The notes: generated from the sequence alone by a model not told the origin. Shown: positions 28,208 through 52,926, counted from the stretch's first letter. The stretch: DNA of 64,000 nt from Amoebidium appalachense (GCA_963693365.1 CAVNZM010000001.1:19724125-19788124), one strand, 5' to 3'. Translations and numbers: made by a program.

Positions 28208-29976
28208 CAAAATTTATGGTACTGATGGTTCTCCCCCCCCCCTTCCCCCCCTCCCTCCACCACCACCATCACCTCCCCCACCCCCCCCCGGTGGTGTCAA
28301 GCCTTATGGCATGTAGTCGGATAGTCACGGGATCCAAGGCAAGACACAAGGCCGGCCCACAAGCACGTTTGCGTAAATGCCCACAACGTGTGCATATGTG
28401 AATGGGTGTGTAGATACATGTCGTACGATGTGTGAGTAGTGCTTAGTGTTTGTGCGTGCACATGCACAGTGACATGTACATTATGACGATGTGTTTGTTC
28501 CTGTCTGCACATTGTGTCTGTGCTGGATGTATCATCGTGGGTGTGGGATAGGTCAAGAAGGCGATAGGGGTGGCTATGCTTTTGGACCAGCTTGTATGTG
28601 CGAGGCAGATCTCTCATTTCTGTGCACCTTTCAGATGCTTAACGGTGGTACATGGTGTCTTGCATGCAAAGTCACCATCCCAAGCATGTCATCACCATCT
28701 GGCACAAAATAACGGATCGTGGTGAGACCAAATTGTTGGGGGTCTGTGCGCATGGGAGGCGTGAGGAAGGGAATGGGTGGAGAAGGGGGAAAGGGAAGGG
28801 GAAAGGTAGGGATCGATGTGAGATCGGGAGGAGATGTGTGTGCGGGGCTGTGTGAGTGAGTGTGTATACGTGGTGGTGGCGGTGCGGTGGTGGGGGTGGT
28901 GGGGGTGGGTGGGTGGGGGTTGGTGGGGTTAGAGTGGGGGGAGGGGCGGGGGGAGGAAATCGGCTATCAGGGACAGATTTATAAGGGGTGAGGAGTAGGG
29001 AAGTTACACGTAACGTATGCCACAAGTGATTAAAATGGTCAGCCCACGCCCCCCACCCCCCCCCCCCCCCCACACACTCTCACTCACTCACTCACACACT
29101 ATCTCTCTCGCTCTCCCTCTCTCTCTCTATGCCCCTCCTCCTTCGCACACGCGCACATAACACACACTCACAGACACATTCATCCTTACCCCTCCCTCCC
29201 TCAACTCCCCCCCCACCCACACACGCAGTGACAAGGTTAGAAAAAACACGTACGCGTACGTATACACAGCTGCACATGCGCACATATGCACACGCACACA
29301 GGGTGAGGGGAGAAAGGCAAGGGTAGAGGGAGAGAGAGCCTCAAGCAGAGAGGAGAGCAGGGAGGAGAGAAGATGTTGTATCCTTCATAACCAGGACAGT
29401 CGTTTGAAGACCAAATAGTCCTTCAATGCGTTTTTTCTGAAGCGCACACCAGCTCCAGACAGCTTTATACTCGACCTCCACAAACCAAGGAAGTATTGTG
29501 TCGTAAGGTTGACGTACACCTGCACTTGAGAACGTGTTTTTCGTGAAATTGAAAATTAACAACTCCCGTGGTTTGAAGCACTAGCCATACATTTTGCTTA
29601 TGTACAAGGCAAAGCTGCTACGTTTTGAGGTACCTCTTACTTGTCAGAGTAACAAAAGAGCTACAATAGTGGAGCTGGCAGGGCACTCAATCCGGCGGCT
29701 TGCTTTTCTGAAATTTTAAAAACACAAACCCACTCAGTAAACCCGAAAAGATCAAATCCACTGAAATTGTAATTCATGGTGTAGAAGCCCCCCAAAAGTG
29801 TCATGAGTATTTCTATATGTAACCCCCTTTTAGCATTTTAATGTGATAACGTGCTTGGTAAAATGCTGGCAGCTAGCTCCCCCTCACGTCTGTGTGGCTG
29901 CAGGCACGCACACAGACGTTCCACCCTGCGTTTTGGTTCTTGCCCGGTGCCCGTGACTTGAGGACAAAAAGGAACA

Positions 29977-34517
<4,541 letters not shown>

Positions 34518-34570
34518 GCAGATTAAAGAATTGGTTGTGTTGGAGTCCTGCTCACAATGCGGCCTCTTGT

Positions 34571-34626
<56 letters not shown>

Positions 34627-35912
34627 TCTCTCTCTGCTCCCCCTGCTCCCGGGGCTCAGGGCTACCACCAGCTGGTGTCCACCCCACACACAATTGCGCT
34701 CGCGCTTGCGCACTGGCACACACACGAGCGCGCGACACACGCACACACACACACAATCACGTGCACTTACCTACACACACACACACACACACACACACAA
34801 AGCATGCACAGTAAACAAGTCAAGAGACCGGGGGGGGGGGAGGGGGGGGGGGGGGGTGCTTGTAACTTTCAGTTCAGTAATACGTTCTTTTTACGATTTG
34901 CGCACCCTTCTATGGCTACAGCCTCGTCGCTACTTGTGGCCACGATATTAACGTAGTATGTGACCTACGTCCAGACTGCCATGGTCTGAGGCCAACAGAA
35001 AGTTTCATGCAGCAACATGCATGCACACGCCTGATGTTATCATGGGTTTCAGCTGTTTTGGTCTGCCAGAGTATGGAATAATGTGGCAGAGTCTCTTGCG
35101 AAAACCCCACACCTTGCGGCAAGGAGGACGTCGCCTTTTAATTCTGCGCAATCTGCCGCTGCACCTGATGCGTTCACACCAACGAAGAGTTTCCGTGTGA
35201 ACACCATGTAGGCACAGAGGGACTGAACTTAAGAAAAGTGAGCTGAAAGGTGGGGGGGGGGGATTTTTTGGTGATGGGCGCGTGATTGTGGGATCATTCC
35301 AGCCGAAAAGTGATGGTACACACGCGTGATATTCAGCCAATGGCGAGGAATTACAGTTACACAGTATTCAGTGAGCCTGTGAGCCATCCGGAAGGTGTAC
35401 CCTTCTACGTAGCGCCACTACAGTGTAGCTTGAGTTGAGTTTTTATGACATCTAGGTGTGCTAGTTGAAGTTACTAGTGTTGTGTGTATCCCTTCACCTG
35501 GTTTCTTGTATGGCTTCTGTTACATGACGCACAGGGGCCATCACAATTAATTTGTTTCAGTGTGACTGTGTGATCCGCGATAAGCCAATTATGGATGACC
35601 AAGTTTTTCAATGTTTTGCCGGGCATGTAACGTCACTCATCGCAGTGCACTTTACTCAGAACACTGTTGAGTCATTGTGCGAAGAGGGAGGATCGTTCCG
35701 TTTTAAATTTCTTCATGACGTGCAAAACCCTTCTATTTGTCATAGTTTGGCTGCAAGCTTGCTAGCTATTACAGTCACTGATGCACGCCTTTTATGTAGG
35801 GCTACGGTAACCACGGCATCAGGTATTCCAACACCTTGCTTCATACACAAGTGTTAGCCAGACCAAATAAGGATACACATGCGTGCACCACACGCACCAA
35901 ATTGCCATAGGA

Positions 35913-42285
<6,373 letters not shown>

Positions 42286-43073
42286 TGTGGTTAATTGTGT
42301 GTGGGTGCGCGTGTGGATGGGTGGGGTGTGTGTGTGGATGGCTGAATGTGTATGTGTGTGTGTGTACGTGTGTGTGTGTGTGTGTGTGGTGGTGGTGGTG
42401 GGGGGGGGGGGGGTGGGTATAGTAGTGTGTGTGTCGGATTTTTTTGGAGGTTTTTTGGGGTGTGTTTGTCAAGTAGCTTGGTATTTCACGGTATGAAGGA
42501 CTGACTGTACGTAATATGTTATTGTGCACGTGATGTGTGTGCGTGTGTTTATAAGCTCTTTTCTAAGAGCCTAGTCTTTGCTCGTTGCCAAACTAAAAGC
42601 TCGCCTCATTCGTTACAGTCAGACTCTTTAACAGATTTGCGCCTTGTGTTTGAACATGCTCCTCACGCATTTGAAGCTTTTAAAGGACAAATCGTGCGTT
42701 TGGATATGATGTGTGAAATAAATTTCAAACACGTAGGAGGAAAATAGCTGCACGTATGATTGACCAGGAAAGAGATGCTGCGCTATAGAATGAGATAGGT
42801 AACTCGTATGATACTTTCGAACACAGGAGACACTCCCACTATTATAAGGGCCATCTCCCAACCCATGTATGGGTCTGGACATGTGCCCCTACACGTAACT
42901 TACATATGCCATGTGGGTGCCTGGTGCACGTGAACACACTAAACTATAAAATGAGCATCGTATCTTATAATTAGGCCTTCATACGATATTAATTTGGGGA
43001 TGTGGGGTGTGTGGCCTGCACGTGGTGGTGGTGGTGGTGGTGGTGGGTGGTGTGTGCAGTACACACACCGTGT

Positions 43074-43111
<38 letters not shown>

Positions 43112-44326
43112 TGGTGGTGGTGGTGTGTGTGTGTGTGTTGGTGGCCACGGTGGTGGTGGTGGTGGGTGGGTGGATGGGTGGGTTTTGGTTGTGGTTGTGG
43201 TTGTGGTGGTGTTGGGGAGAGGGATTTTCACAGTTTAACAGCTACTGTATACGTATAGAGGTGTTTATTGGCCACTAAATTCTGTGAAACAGTGGCAACA
43301 TGTATAGGGAGGTCCACATATGGCATAATGGGTTGTGGGGCCAACTGCATTGAAAAAAGTACACTGTAGTGCATATATGCATACTTGTGTATAATAAATA
43401 TGTGTAAACTAAACATGGTTTGTGGGTTTATTGGTTTGTGGAATAACTAAACTCATTGCAAGCATAACGTGTAGCGCTTTGCAGCTGTTAATGCGGGGCA
43501 CATACTTTGTCATTAATATCTACACGCAAACATACATATATCGTCCTCGATCATTATACTCATGTTTCAGCCGGTGTTTTTGCGCAAATAACATATAAAT
43601 GTGCATTCAAATAACAACATACTATCATTATCACCGCCCACTAGCTAACAATAGAATAACAGGTAAGATAACATAGTCAAAGTTTAACCACACCTAGCTC
43701 TCGCCCTGGGTTAAACCCACCCTGTGACTACCATCAGCATGTGCAATATTCGCTCATATGCTACTCCCACCCCCACAGCCAAAAAAACAAAACAAACAAA
43801 AAAACAAACAAAAAAAACTCCTTACTGCCACCCGTGTGCACTCCCGTAGCCAGCTTTCTGCTACTTCTCATAGGAAACATGCAATAAGAGGTAAAATATG
43901 CATGGTCGGAGAATAGCCAACACACACAAGCAACAGTAAATTGAAGAGGGTGAAAAACAGCACCTGGGATATAAAACAAGTGAAAAGAAATAGAACGGGC
44001 AGAGAAACATTTTGAAACAGGGGGCAAAAAAAAAAAAGGCGAAAAAGACGAGCCACAAAGCAACATCCTGTCGCCATGAGCTGAGTCGCCATGCTGTCAG
44101 ATCTCCACCAAAGCAGCACCCCATAAGCAAAATTGCCTATCTCAATACCAGTCGATAAACGAAATCGCTGATCTCACTAATATCCGATAAGCGAAACCCA
44201 CTAGCACCCGATAATCGATATCGTCCGTCCAATTAGCACCAATTTATGCAAGATCGTCGATCTCATCATCACCCGATTAGCTAGATCGATTAGCCCGATT
44301 ACATGCGATTTCCTTCCTCCGCTGGG

Positions 44327-44944
44327 CTATTCATCGTCCTCATCTCCCTCATCGCACTCAAAGCACTGGGCCTCACTCACCAGCACCCCCTTGCGTGAGC
44401 ACACCTGACACTGCACCCTAGGGAACTCACTATAGTCCTCTGAGCCCAAGAACTCCTCGACCACTGTGTCGTTTGGCTCGTGCAGGGCATCGTGGTTGCA
44501 GAAGAAGCAGCTGGATCGTTCTAGGTTGGTGGCCACATTGCATTTGTAGCACGGTGGGCCTGTGCAAATGAAATGACGTCATTAGCTAACGGAGGGAAGG
44601 TGGGGTAGAGGGGAAGGGGGGGGCAAGGGGAGGGGGGGGGGGGGGGTTTGCAGTGCATTATTGGGCAGATGGGACCCCCCCCCCCCCCCCCCCCCCCTTG
44701 CCCCCTTATCGGCGTGTTTGTGCGCCCATGCAAATAATACATCTTTCTGCATTGTCATGGGCACGAATGTCGGTCGCTTGCCTGTGTGTGGCCGACCTGG
44801 GCATGCAAAGAGAGCGTGCGGAAGAAAAGACAAAACCAACAACCACCTGTCCGTCATCCCCCTCCCCCCCCCCCCCCCCTCCCCCTCTTACCCTCTTACA
44901 TTTGAACCACCATCCCCCCCCTCCCCCCCTCCCCCCCTCCCCCC

Positions 44945-44975
<31 letters not shown>

Positions 44976-45778
44976 ACACAGCCGCCCATCGCCGTCGCGT
45001 GGCCGAAGCAAGCACATGACATGCATACCCATAGAGCTTGATACACACAGGCATCAGCACACTCAAACATCCACCGGACAACACATATGCCAACCCCCCC
45101 CCCCCCCCCCTCCCCTCCCCTCCCCACTCCCACTCCCTCGTCAACACCACCACCACTTCCCCCCAACCCACCATCCCAGTTTCGCACACCTCATTCGGAC
45201 ACCCACACACACATACACGCACACACACACGCTCACCCACATGCACCACCACCACCCACCCGCCCACACACCCGAATGTGCACAAGCACCCACCCACCCA
45301 CCCATCCACAACCTCACCCACCCACACCCACACCCACCCACCCCACACCCTCATCTATACCCAAACACCCACCCACCCACCCATACCCAACTTTCCATTC
45401 ACCCTCACACACACTTTATCCGCCCACACACACCCATCAAGCTAACCACACAGGCCCACCTACCCTCCTCCTGCATCCACTGGACCTCCGTCCAGCATGG
45501 GCCTGTGTGGGCCACATTGCAGCCCTCGCACACGGCATCATAGTCGTAGGCCGCCTCCCCCTCCTCCTCCTCACTGTCTCCCCCGTCCCCACCTTCGCTC
45601 TCATCTCCTTCCTCTTCTTCTTCTTCCTCCGTTTCTTCTTTCACAACCTGAACACCACACAGGCAACCCTCTTTAGATACATCGTGCATCCATGCACACA
45701 GACATATGGCCAGGGGAGGAACACGTACACTCTGATGAGGGGAAAAGTGGGCGTGCGTATGTGCATGTGTGTGTGTGT

Positions 45779-45817
<39 letters not shown>

Positions 45818-47150
45818 GGACGAGACAATAGAGAAAAGGGAAGCAAGAACACGGGTATGTTTTACATAAAAAGGTGAAAACTCAGCATGCTTAAGTGGTC
45901 AGGGGGTAGGGGATTGGAAGGAGAAGGGGTGGAGAGGGGCGGGGGCGGGGCGCGGGGGGGGGGGGGGGGGGGGGTCACGCCAGTGGGGAGGTGCGAGATG
46001 TGCCAAGCACTGTGATGCAATTCAGTGCAGAGAAAGTTGGCAGAAAAGTGTGTGGGTAAAGGATGCAAAAAACGTGCTGGAGGGCAGAAATAGGACGTTG
46101 AAAGAACAGAGGAGGAAAGCAAGCAAAGCTCTAAAGACACTGTTTACACACAAGTCAGGGCACACACAGGGCTCCTATACTTTTACCCTTGTCCCACTCT
46201 TTCCCTCTATGCATGCCTCTATCTTTATTTCTAGGTCCTGGGCAAAAAGGAACAGGGCAGGGATGTGATTTTTTCCTCTTAGTCTTTCATTTTTTCCGGG
46301 GGAGGGGGGAGGGGGGGGGGGGGGGGGGGGGGGAGGCATAAACAGTGGGCGGGGTGTAGAGATTAGTTTGTAGTGGGTGCAGCTACGTGTGTGCACTCAT
46401 GTCCAAGCCAGTGATGCGTGCACAGACACACGTGCATCAGTGTTATGCATGTGTGTGCGTGAGTTTAAGGATGTGTGCGAAAGCCAATGTGTTCGTATCT
46501 GTGTATGTATGCCGCGGTGAACAACATGCGCACACATAAGCAGGAGGAAACAAGGGGGGTAGCCCCAAAGGCTCTCCCTTGTCACGTAGACATAAAAACA
46601 GTAGATTTCCTCTGGATTGGATGGTAGGTTGAAAGTAAGGGAGGGTGTGGGGGGGATCCCCCCGAAACCCCCCCTCCCCCCTCCCCTCGCCCTCCCTCCT
46701 CTCCCCTCGCTTCCCAACCCCCTTCCTCCGTTCTTGTTCAAAACATCCGGCTCACACCTCGGACATTCCCACCACCTAAACCCTCACACCTCTACCCCAG
46801 CACATGTATACGTATCATCACCCTCCGTCCTCCCCAAGTGAAAGTGTTTCACAACAGCACACAGATAGCTCAACCTATCCCAGTCAAAGAATCAAAACTT
46901 TGGGTGCGCCAGAAATAAGGAATGGGACACTTGACTGAACAAGCAGGGTGGTCAGAAGAGTAGGGCTGGCAGGCGGTCCACAGGTAGGGAGGGAGGGAGG
47001 GAGGGGGTGGGGTGGAGAAAGGGGTAGAGGTAGAGGCAGGGGAGGAGGGGAGGGGCGTAGGGAAGGAGAGGGGAGGAGAGGAGGGGGCACCTTTGCAGCC
47101 TTGACTTTCTTCTGGTCGTCTGCTTCGCTCTCCCGCTTTTTGCCAGCCAT
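44327..47150 (-). CDS. Hypothetical small acidic protein with five CxxC pairs, 3 exons
   Basis: Exons 47150-47091, 45647-45464, 44559-44327 join in frame with GT-AG: MAGKKRESEADDQKKVKAAK-VVKEETEEEEEEEGD...CEGC...CYKC...CFFC...CQVC...CFECDEGDEDDE*. Confidence 0.75.
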
Positions 47151-47560
47151 CTTGTATTTAATTTAAACTTTGAAGCCAACCACGCTATAGAAGCCTTTGT
47201 GACACCTATGACCGCCAGTTATTTCTTTGCACCCAAATCACTTGCCGGTAAAAACAAACCAGGTGAACGACCTCCGGCTCTTGTTTGTTTGCCCTGAATT
47301 ATAAAAGTAAGACCAGCACAACAGCTCAAAGTTTGTGGCGGTGTGATATTCGCCAGCACCGGGCTAGTCTACATTTTAATACCCATGCAAATGTATTTGA
47401 ATTTTATATCCATACTTTTTCGCCAAGTTGTGACGTTAGTGAGAGCAGACTAGCATCAACCTTTGGGTAACGTTCGCGCGCCAAAACGCGACCAATCGAT
47501 GTGACCACTGACCAGCAGGCCTAACCTGGTGTGCCACCACAAAAAAAAAAAAAAAAAAAA

Positions 47561-47597
<37 letters not shown>

Positions 47598-48371
47598 TGA
47601 AGGAGAAGTTATGGGGGAAGGAGTTTTATAGGACCAAAAAAAAGAAAACATGGGAAAGAAAAAAAATTTTTAACGGTGTGGCATAGTTGTAAACGGTTAA
47701 TTAGTTAATTTCGGGTAGACGAAAGATAGCATGGGTGTACATATGTACATACTACTGTATGTAGATTTCACGCCTTCCTGGCCCTGCCCCTTCCACATTC
47801 TTTGGCTACTAAGTTTCTATCGACCGGCCAAACCTAGAGACCAGCACGTTGGTAATCACATAGTAGAGTTGGTACTGGCAATGCCCAAATCAAAAAGGTG
47901 TGGGACGTAATGAGCAATAGTCCGGGTAAAGCTTAGAACAAAAGGGAGGGGGAGGGACAGAGGGTGTTTCTTCGCGAATTCGTGTGTGAATTCTTCTGTG
48001 TACTGTGTTGGTGTTATCATATGATGTTGTGCACATGTGTGTATGTGTGTTTGCCATGTACGTATTCACGTTGTTTGGCACGCATGAAACACTTGCATAC
48101 AGAACACACCCATCAGCCACTGTGCGTCTTTGAAGGCATATCATTTTTTTTGTGTGTGATGGGGTACGCATCCTTTGCAGTATGTGTGCGCACGGGCTCA
48201 CGTGCGTGCTCAGGCTCGAGAGTATGCGTTAGGACCACCCGTTTTAGCGTCGTGCGTGCGGCTGCTTTGTTGTGTGTGTGTGGTACTTTGTTTGCCACAA
48301 CGTCCGACACATGTACAAGGTGCCACTCAGCCGGGGTGAAAAGAGGGTGTTTGTGTGTGTGTGTGTGTGTG

Positions 48372-48415
<44 letters not shown>

Positions 48416-49008
48416 ACCATGGTTACACATGTTACAAAACCGTTGGTGCACAAAATCGGTGAAGCCTTGGAGCAAAAGGACAGAAAAACGTGCAAATACA
48501 AAGTTTAAACACGAGAGTATGCGCATCAACGGTTTGCAGGGGAGGGGGGGGAAGGGGGGGGGGGGGAGGTGGGGGGGGAGGGGCGGTTGGGGGGAAGGAC
48601 GCCCTTCAAGTTGATAACTGCCTCATGGGTATGTATTGCAACTTACTAGGACCATGGTGAGCGTGTAATTCGCTATGTACATTTTTTTTTCGGGATTTAT
48701 TGGATACACAACAACGCTCTATATATCACACGAGCATTCATACTTATTGTCCCAGGAAAGGGAAACCTTCCAGCACCGCTAGGTACAAAGAAATGTCCCA
48801 ACTCGTGTAAAACAAAGTTAACCAAGGAAGGCAACATGACAGTAAATGAGTTTGCAAACCCCTTAGGAAAAAAGAACAAGCCATTAGGTAAGTTTGGTTT
48901 TGTACAGGTCCTTCCAGCCTTCCCCCCCCCCCCCCCCCCCCCTTCCCACCCACCCACCTCCCTCCTGCACGTAACCAATTTGGAAACCCTCGCAGCACCA
49001 CACCACCT

Positions 49009-50283
49009 TCAGAGCAGTGTAGGTGGCACCCTAGTTTCGAGCTCCTTGCCTGCAGCCCTGATTATATCCCGGAATAACTCAGGGTGGGAGGCAGGCAGCG
49101 CACAGAAGGCCATACAGTCAGCCAGCTCCCCAAACCTCTCCACAAGCAGCTGCACCCACCTACCCCTCAGGCCCTTGTCCCCCGTAGATAACAAATTTTC
49201 AAGGATGCACAGTGCCTCGACTATCTCGGACGGGGCAGTCAGGCGCACCTCCAGTGTGCTGTAACACAAACGTACCAGCGCAGTGGCCCCGAGATAGTCT
49301 GCCGTGGTGATGATTTTCAAAAGGGTGTGGGTGGGTAGCATGTCTGCTTGATAGAATGTGCCCGAGTAGACGTAGTTCAGGACGTGCTTGAAGGCATGAA
49401 CATCGAGTTCTTTGAGAGTGATGGGCTCCACCCCTGCTGCACGTGCTTCGATCATGTCCAACGACAACAACTTCATAAAGAAAGGCAGGCGGCAGATGAT
49501 CACCCTGTGTGCCTGTATGAGCTCGTTGCCTACTTTCAGTGTCACGTCAGAAAACATGGGGTCTGCAAGAGCGTCTCTCAAATGCTCACCCAGACTGGGT
49601 TCTTGGTCTACCGGTGGTGTCGGTTGTGGGACAGTATGTTCCACTTGTGCCGGAAAATGACGGTAGCATTCCGCAAATGTGCCCCATTCATCGTTTGCGG
49701 GTTGGATGACGATTATGTCGCCCGTAATCAATTCTGCAGACTCCACTGTGTCATCTTCGTTCAAGGCATTCACCATGTGCTCATGGACACACTCAAACAG
49801 GCGGATTACTGTGTTGCATGGAATCCTTGCAAGTTCACACAGGCGTGGTTTCAAGGAGGAAAGCGTGTCTTTAACGGAACACTGAAGTATCCCTTTGTAT
49901 GAGAGTTGTGCGCATGGTGTCTTGCGGGAGGGATCGAATAACTTAACAAAAACAGAGACAGTTGAATTTGATTCAGTTAACCTTATCGGTCCCGTGAACG
50001 CAAAAAACACCTCTCCGTCTCTCACAACCGAACTATATGTTAGTAATCTCTGTGGTCTCTTAGTCTGATTGTCTCTCTTCACAAACTGCATTAACTGCAG
50101 TTCATGTGTGCCTAACATATTTGTCGCTGCAGGCAAAATTACACCGGCCGATTCCACCCTTGCTGGGTTTAGTTTCAGGGGTGCTGGGAAGTAATCATCT
50201 AGTGTGGGCAGGAAGAGTGGGTTGGCTAGCTCGCGGCCCCAGTGCCTGCGGAAGTCATCTTCGGTGGCTAGGTAGAAGGGCAT
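49009..50283 (-). CDS. Intronless USP7 UBL1-UBL2 (ICP0-binding region) + BTB/POZ-BACK-like fusion protein, 424 aa
   Basis: N-half: ATEDDFRRHWGREL, LQLMQFVKRDNQTKRP, VFVKLFDP...LSYKG, LKPRLCELARIPCNTVIRLFECV, ELITGDIIVIQ are collinear with USP7 UBL1-2. C-half: FSDVTLKVGNELIQAHRVII..FFMKLL..DMIE..ITLKELDVHAFKHVLNYVYSG..ADYLG..L..LC, a BTB domain. Confidence 0.88.
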   Translation of the reverse strand: MPFYLATEDDFRRHWGRELANPLFLPTLDDYFPAPLKLNPARVESAGVILPAATNMLGTHELQLMQFVKRDNQTKRPQRLLTYSSVVRDGEVFFAFTGPIRLTESNSTVSVFVKLFDPSRKTPCAQLSYKGILQCSVKDTLSSLKPRLCELARIPCNTVIRLFECVHEHMVNALNEDDTVESAELITGDIIVIQPANDEWGTFAECYRHFPAQVEHTVPQPTPPVDQEPSLGEHLRDALADPMFSDVTLKVGNELIQAHRVIICRLPFFMKLLSLDMIEARAAGVEPITLKELDVHAFKHVLNYVYSGTFYQADMLPTHTLLKIITTADYLGATALVRLCYSTLEVRLTAPSEIVEALCILENLLSTGDKGLRGRWVQLLVERFGELADCMAFCALPASHPELFRDIIRAAGKELETRVPPTLL

Positions 50284-50658
50284 TGTGCAAGGTGCTAGCT
50301 ATGCGCACTAGCAGGGGGAGGTTGTCAACCTCAAAACTAAACATGCACACTCCGGCTTTCAGCTTTCCTGCGGATGGATGTTTATAAAAATATGTTTGCG
50401 TTAACTAGGTCTACCCAAACAACCTTACGATCGCATCCCTAGGTGACAAAAAGTTCAATCGGAAACTGGGCAGCAATCGGTCCAATAGTTGTAGCTTTTC
50501 CAGCGATCGATGTATCTGGCTGTAGTTAGCGACTTTAGGCTACACCATCACCCCAAAAATTCTGTCGAATCAAGTTGCTGGGCAAAGTTTGACAAGACTT
50601 TTTTATATCCACCGACCACTGCCTTTTGCCCCCATTATAAGCACAGAGGCGACTAAAC
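50284..50658. promoter_or_regulatory. Putative bidirectional promoter (UBL-BTB / ERGIC-53)
   Basis: 375 bp of unique sequence between divergent start codons. Confidence 0.45.
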
Positions 50659-51205
50659 ATGAGAGTGCTTGGGCTGCTGTGTGGGGTGGCCCTCTTTGGG
50701 GCCACCTCAGCAGACGACACGAGAAGGCGTTTTGAGTTCCGACACAGTCTGCGCGGACCCTTTCCCCTCTATCAAAAAAATAGGGTTATGGGTTGGGACG
50801 TCGAAGGAAGTGCGTACCCCATGTTGCTCCTACATTCATCTCTTAAACAACTTCCCTCTCCCCCCCCCCCCCCCCCTCCCCCTTCCACCCCCTTCCTTCC
50901 CCCCCCTCCTTCCCCTTCCCCCCCCCCCCCCCCCCTTCCCTTCTCCCCCCCCCCCCCCTCGTCCATTCGCCTCTTCTACCCTTTGGGCTCTGATTTCCTT
51001 TTTCCTGCTCCTCCTCAATTGCGCCAACCATCGGCAAACAGCAAGATACGCACACGTGCACGCACACACACGCACACACCCAAGCACACACGCGCATTCA
51101 AACCAACACTCGCAGACTTTTCCAAGGCCCCTTGACACATCAATCCAATTGCAAAATACAAATTGCACACAACTTTGCGCATGCGAGCACGTCAACCACA
51201 CACAC

Positions 51206-51264
<59 letters not shown>

Positions 51265-51409
51265 CACACCCAACACACACAAATATGCACGCATGCGGGC
51301 GCAACCATCCATGGGCGCACATGCACACACGGGCACACACACACACACATAAACACACACACACCGACACACACACACACACATACCCAAACACACAGCG
51401 ACCACGCAT

Positions 51410-51473
<64 letters not shown>

Positions 51474-51504
51474 CGCGCGTGCGCACACACGCTTTCACGC
51501 GCGC

Positions 51505-51556
<52 letters not shown>

Positions 51557-52133
51557 CACAGGCTCACAGACACACACCCTTGGCAAATTGTGTTTTTGAT
51601 TCGAACCCAGCTAGTCTGCCTTCCCCCCCCCCCCAAAGAGTGTATTATTACGGACTGCTTGCTGACTTACGTATTCCTAACTACACATCTGCCCAGGCAC
51701 TTTGGTCAATGAAAAATCTGTTCGCCTTGTTCCTTCGGCACAAAACCGCAAAGGAAGGGTAAGTACCTGCCAGTTTCCCTTGCTATGCCCCCCCCCCCCC
51801 CCATCCCCGCCCTCCCCCAGCCTAAAATGACACTAAACACACGCGGACACGACACACGCACGCACACACACACACACACACACAACACCACGGAACGTGT
51901 GCCTGTTTTTATCCGAGCTTTTTTATAACATATCATCGACGCTTTCTCCCACAAATACACCCGCGCAAGCACACTAGCACAACCCCATCTCTGCTTGTTT
52001 GTTCAGTACCGTTGCACTGATTTGTTTGGTTGGTCGCTTTGCATTCCCTTTGCCTCATTTCAGTTTGCATGTGCAGCAGTCGAGATGCCAATCTTTGCTT
52101 GCCCCCCCCCCCCCCCCTCCCCCCCCCCCCCCC

Positions 52134-52164
<31 letters not shown>

Positions 52165-52208
52165 AACCATCGCCACTAGGGGGGGGAGGGGGAGGGTTGC
52201 TCGTACCT

Positions 52209-52244
<36 letters not shown>

Positions 52245-52422
52245 TCACCGCCGCCCCCTTCGGAGCACCCAAACCAACCCACTCCTCATCCCCTTACCAC
52301 CGTAGATGCACGCGCAGTCTGTGGCCTGCTCTGTCCCCCTGGCTTCTGTTTTCTGGTTTTTTGTTTGTTTTTTCTTTCTTTTTAATATTTACTTCCATGT
52401 CTATTATGCTCTGATGCCTTCA

Positions 52423-52455
<33 letters not shown>

Positions 52456-52926
52456 CACACACACACACACAACCACCCCCCCACCCCCCCTACCCCCCTC
52501 ACTCCCACACACAAAAAGAGAGAACGAAAAAGAAGAAAGAACAAAAAGAGAGAAAGAAAAGGCACATCAAAGAAAAACACCGCCATATTACTACGTTGAC
52601 CCTGAATCGCACCTTGGCCATTTGCTTTCTTTGTGTTCCGTTTTAACTCAACCCCCCCTCCCCCCCCTCAACCCGCCCCCCTCCCCCCCCCCCCCTGCAC
52701 AGATATGGAACCATGCAGCATCCAACATGACTGCGTGGGAGTTTAGGGTTGAGTTTATGATCTTTGGGAAGAAAGTGGGGGCCGATGGTATGGGCATCTG
52801 GTACTCCAAGAGGAAGGATGGAGGGGTATGCTCCACCCCCTGCAAGCACACACACACAAACACGTGTGTGCGCGCACGCACACACACGCGCACACACATG
52901 CACGCTCACACACAAGACACACACAC

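Noticed and set aside
27300-29560. Exon-like unique patches on the minus strand (27309-27570, 28500-28745, 29380-29520)
   Set aside because: I could not join them into a consistent frame or recognise a protein. Stops occur in plausible frames. Possibly a decayed gene, but unsupported.
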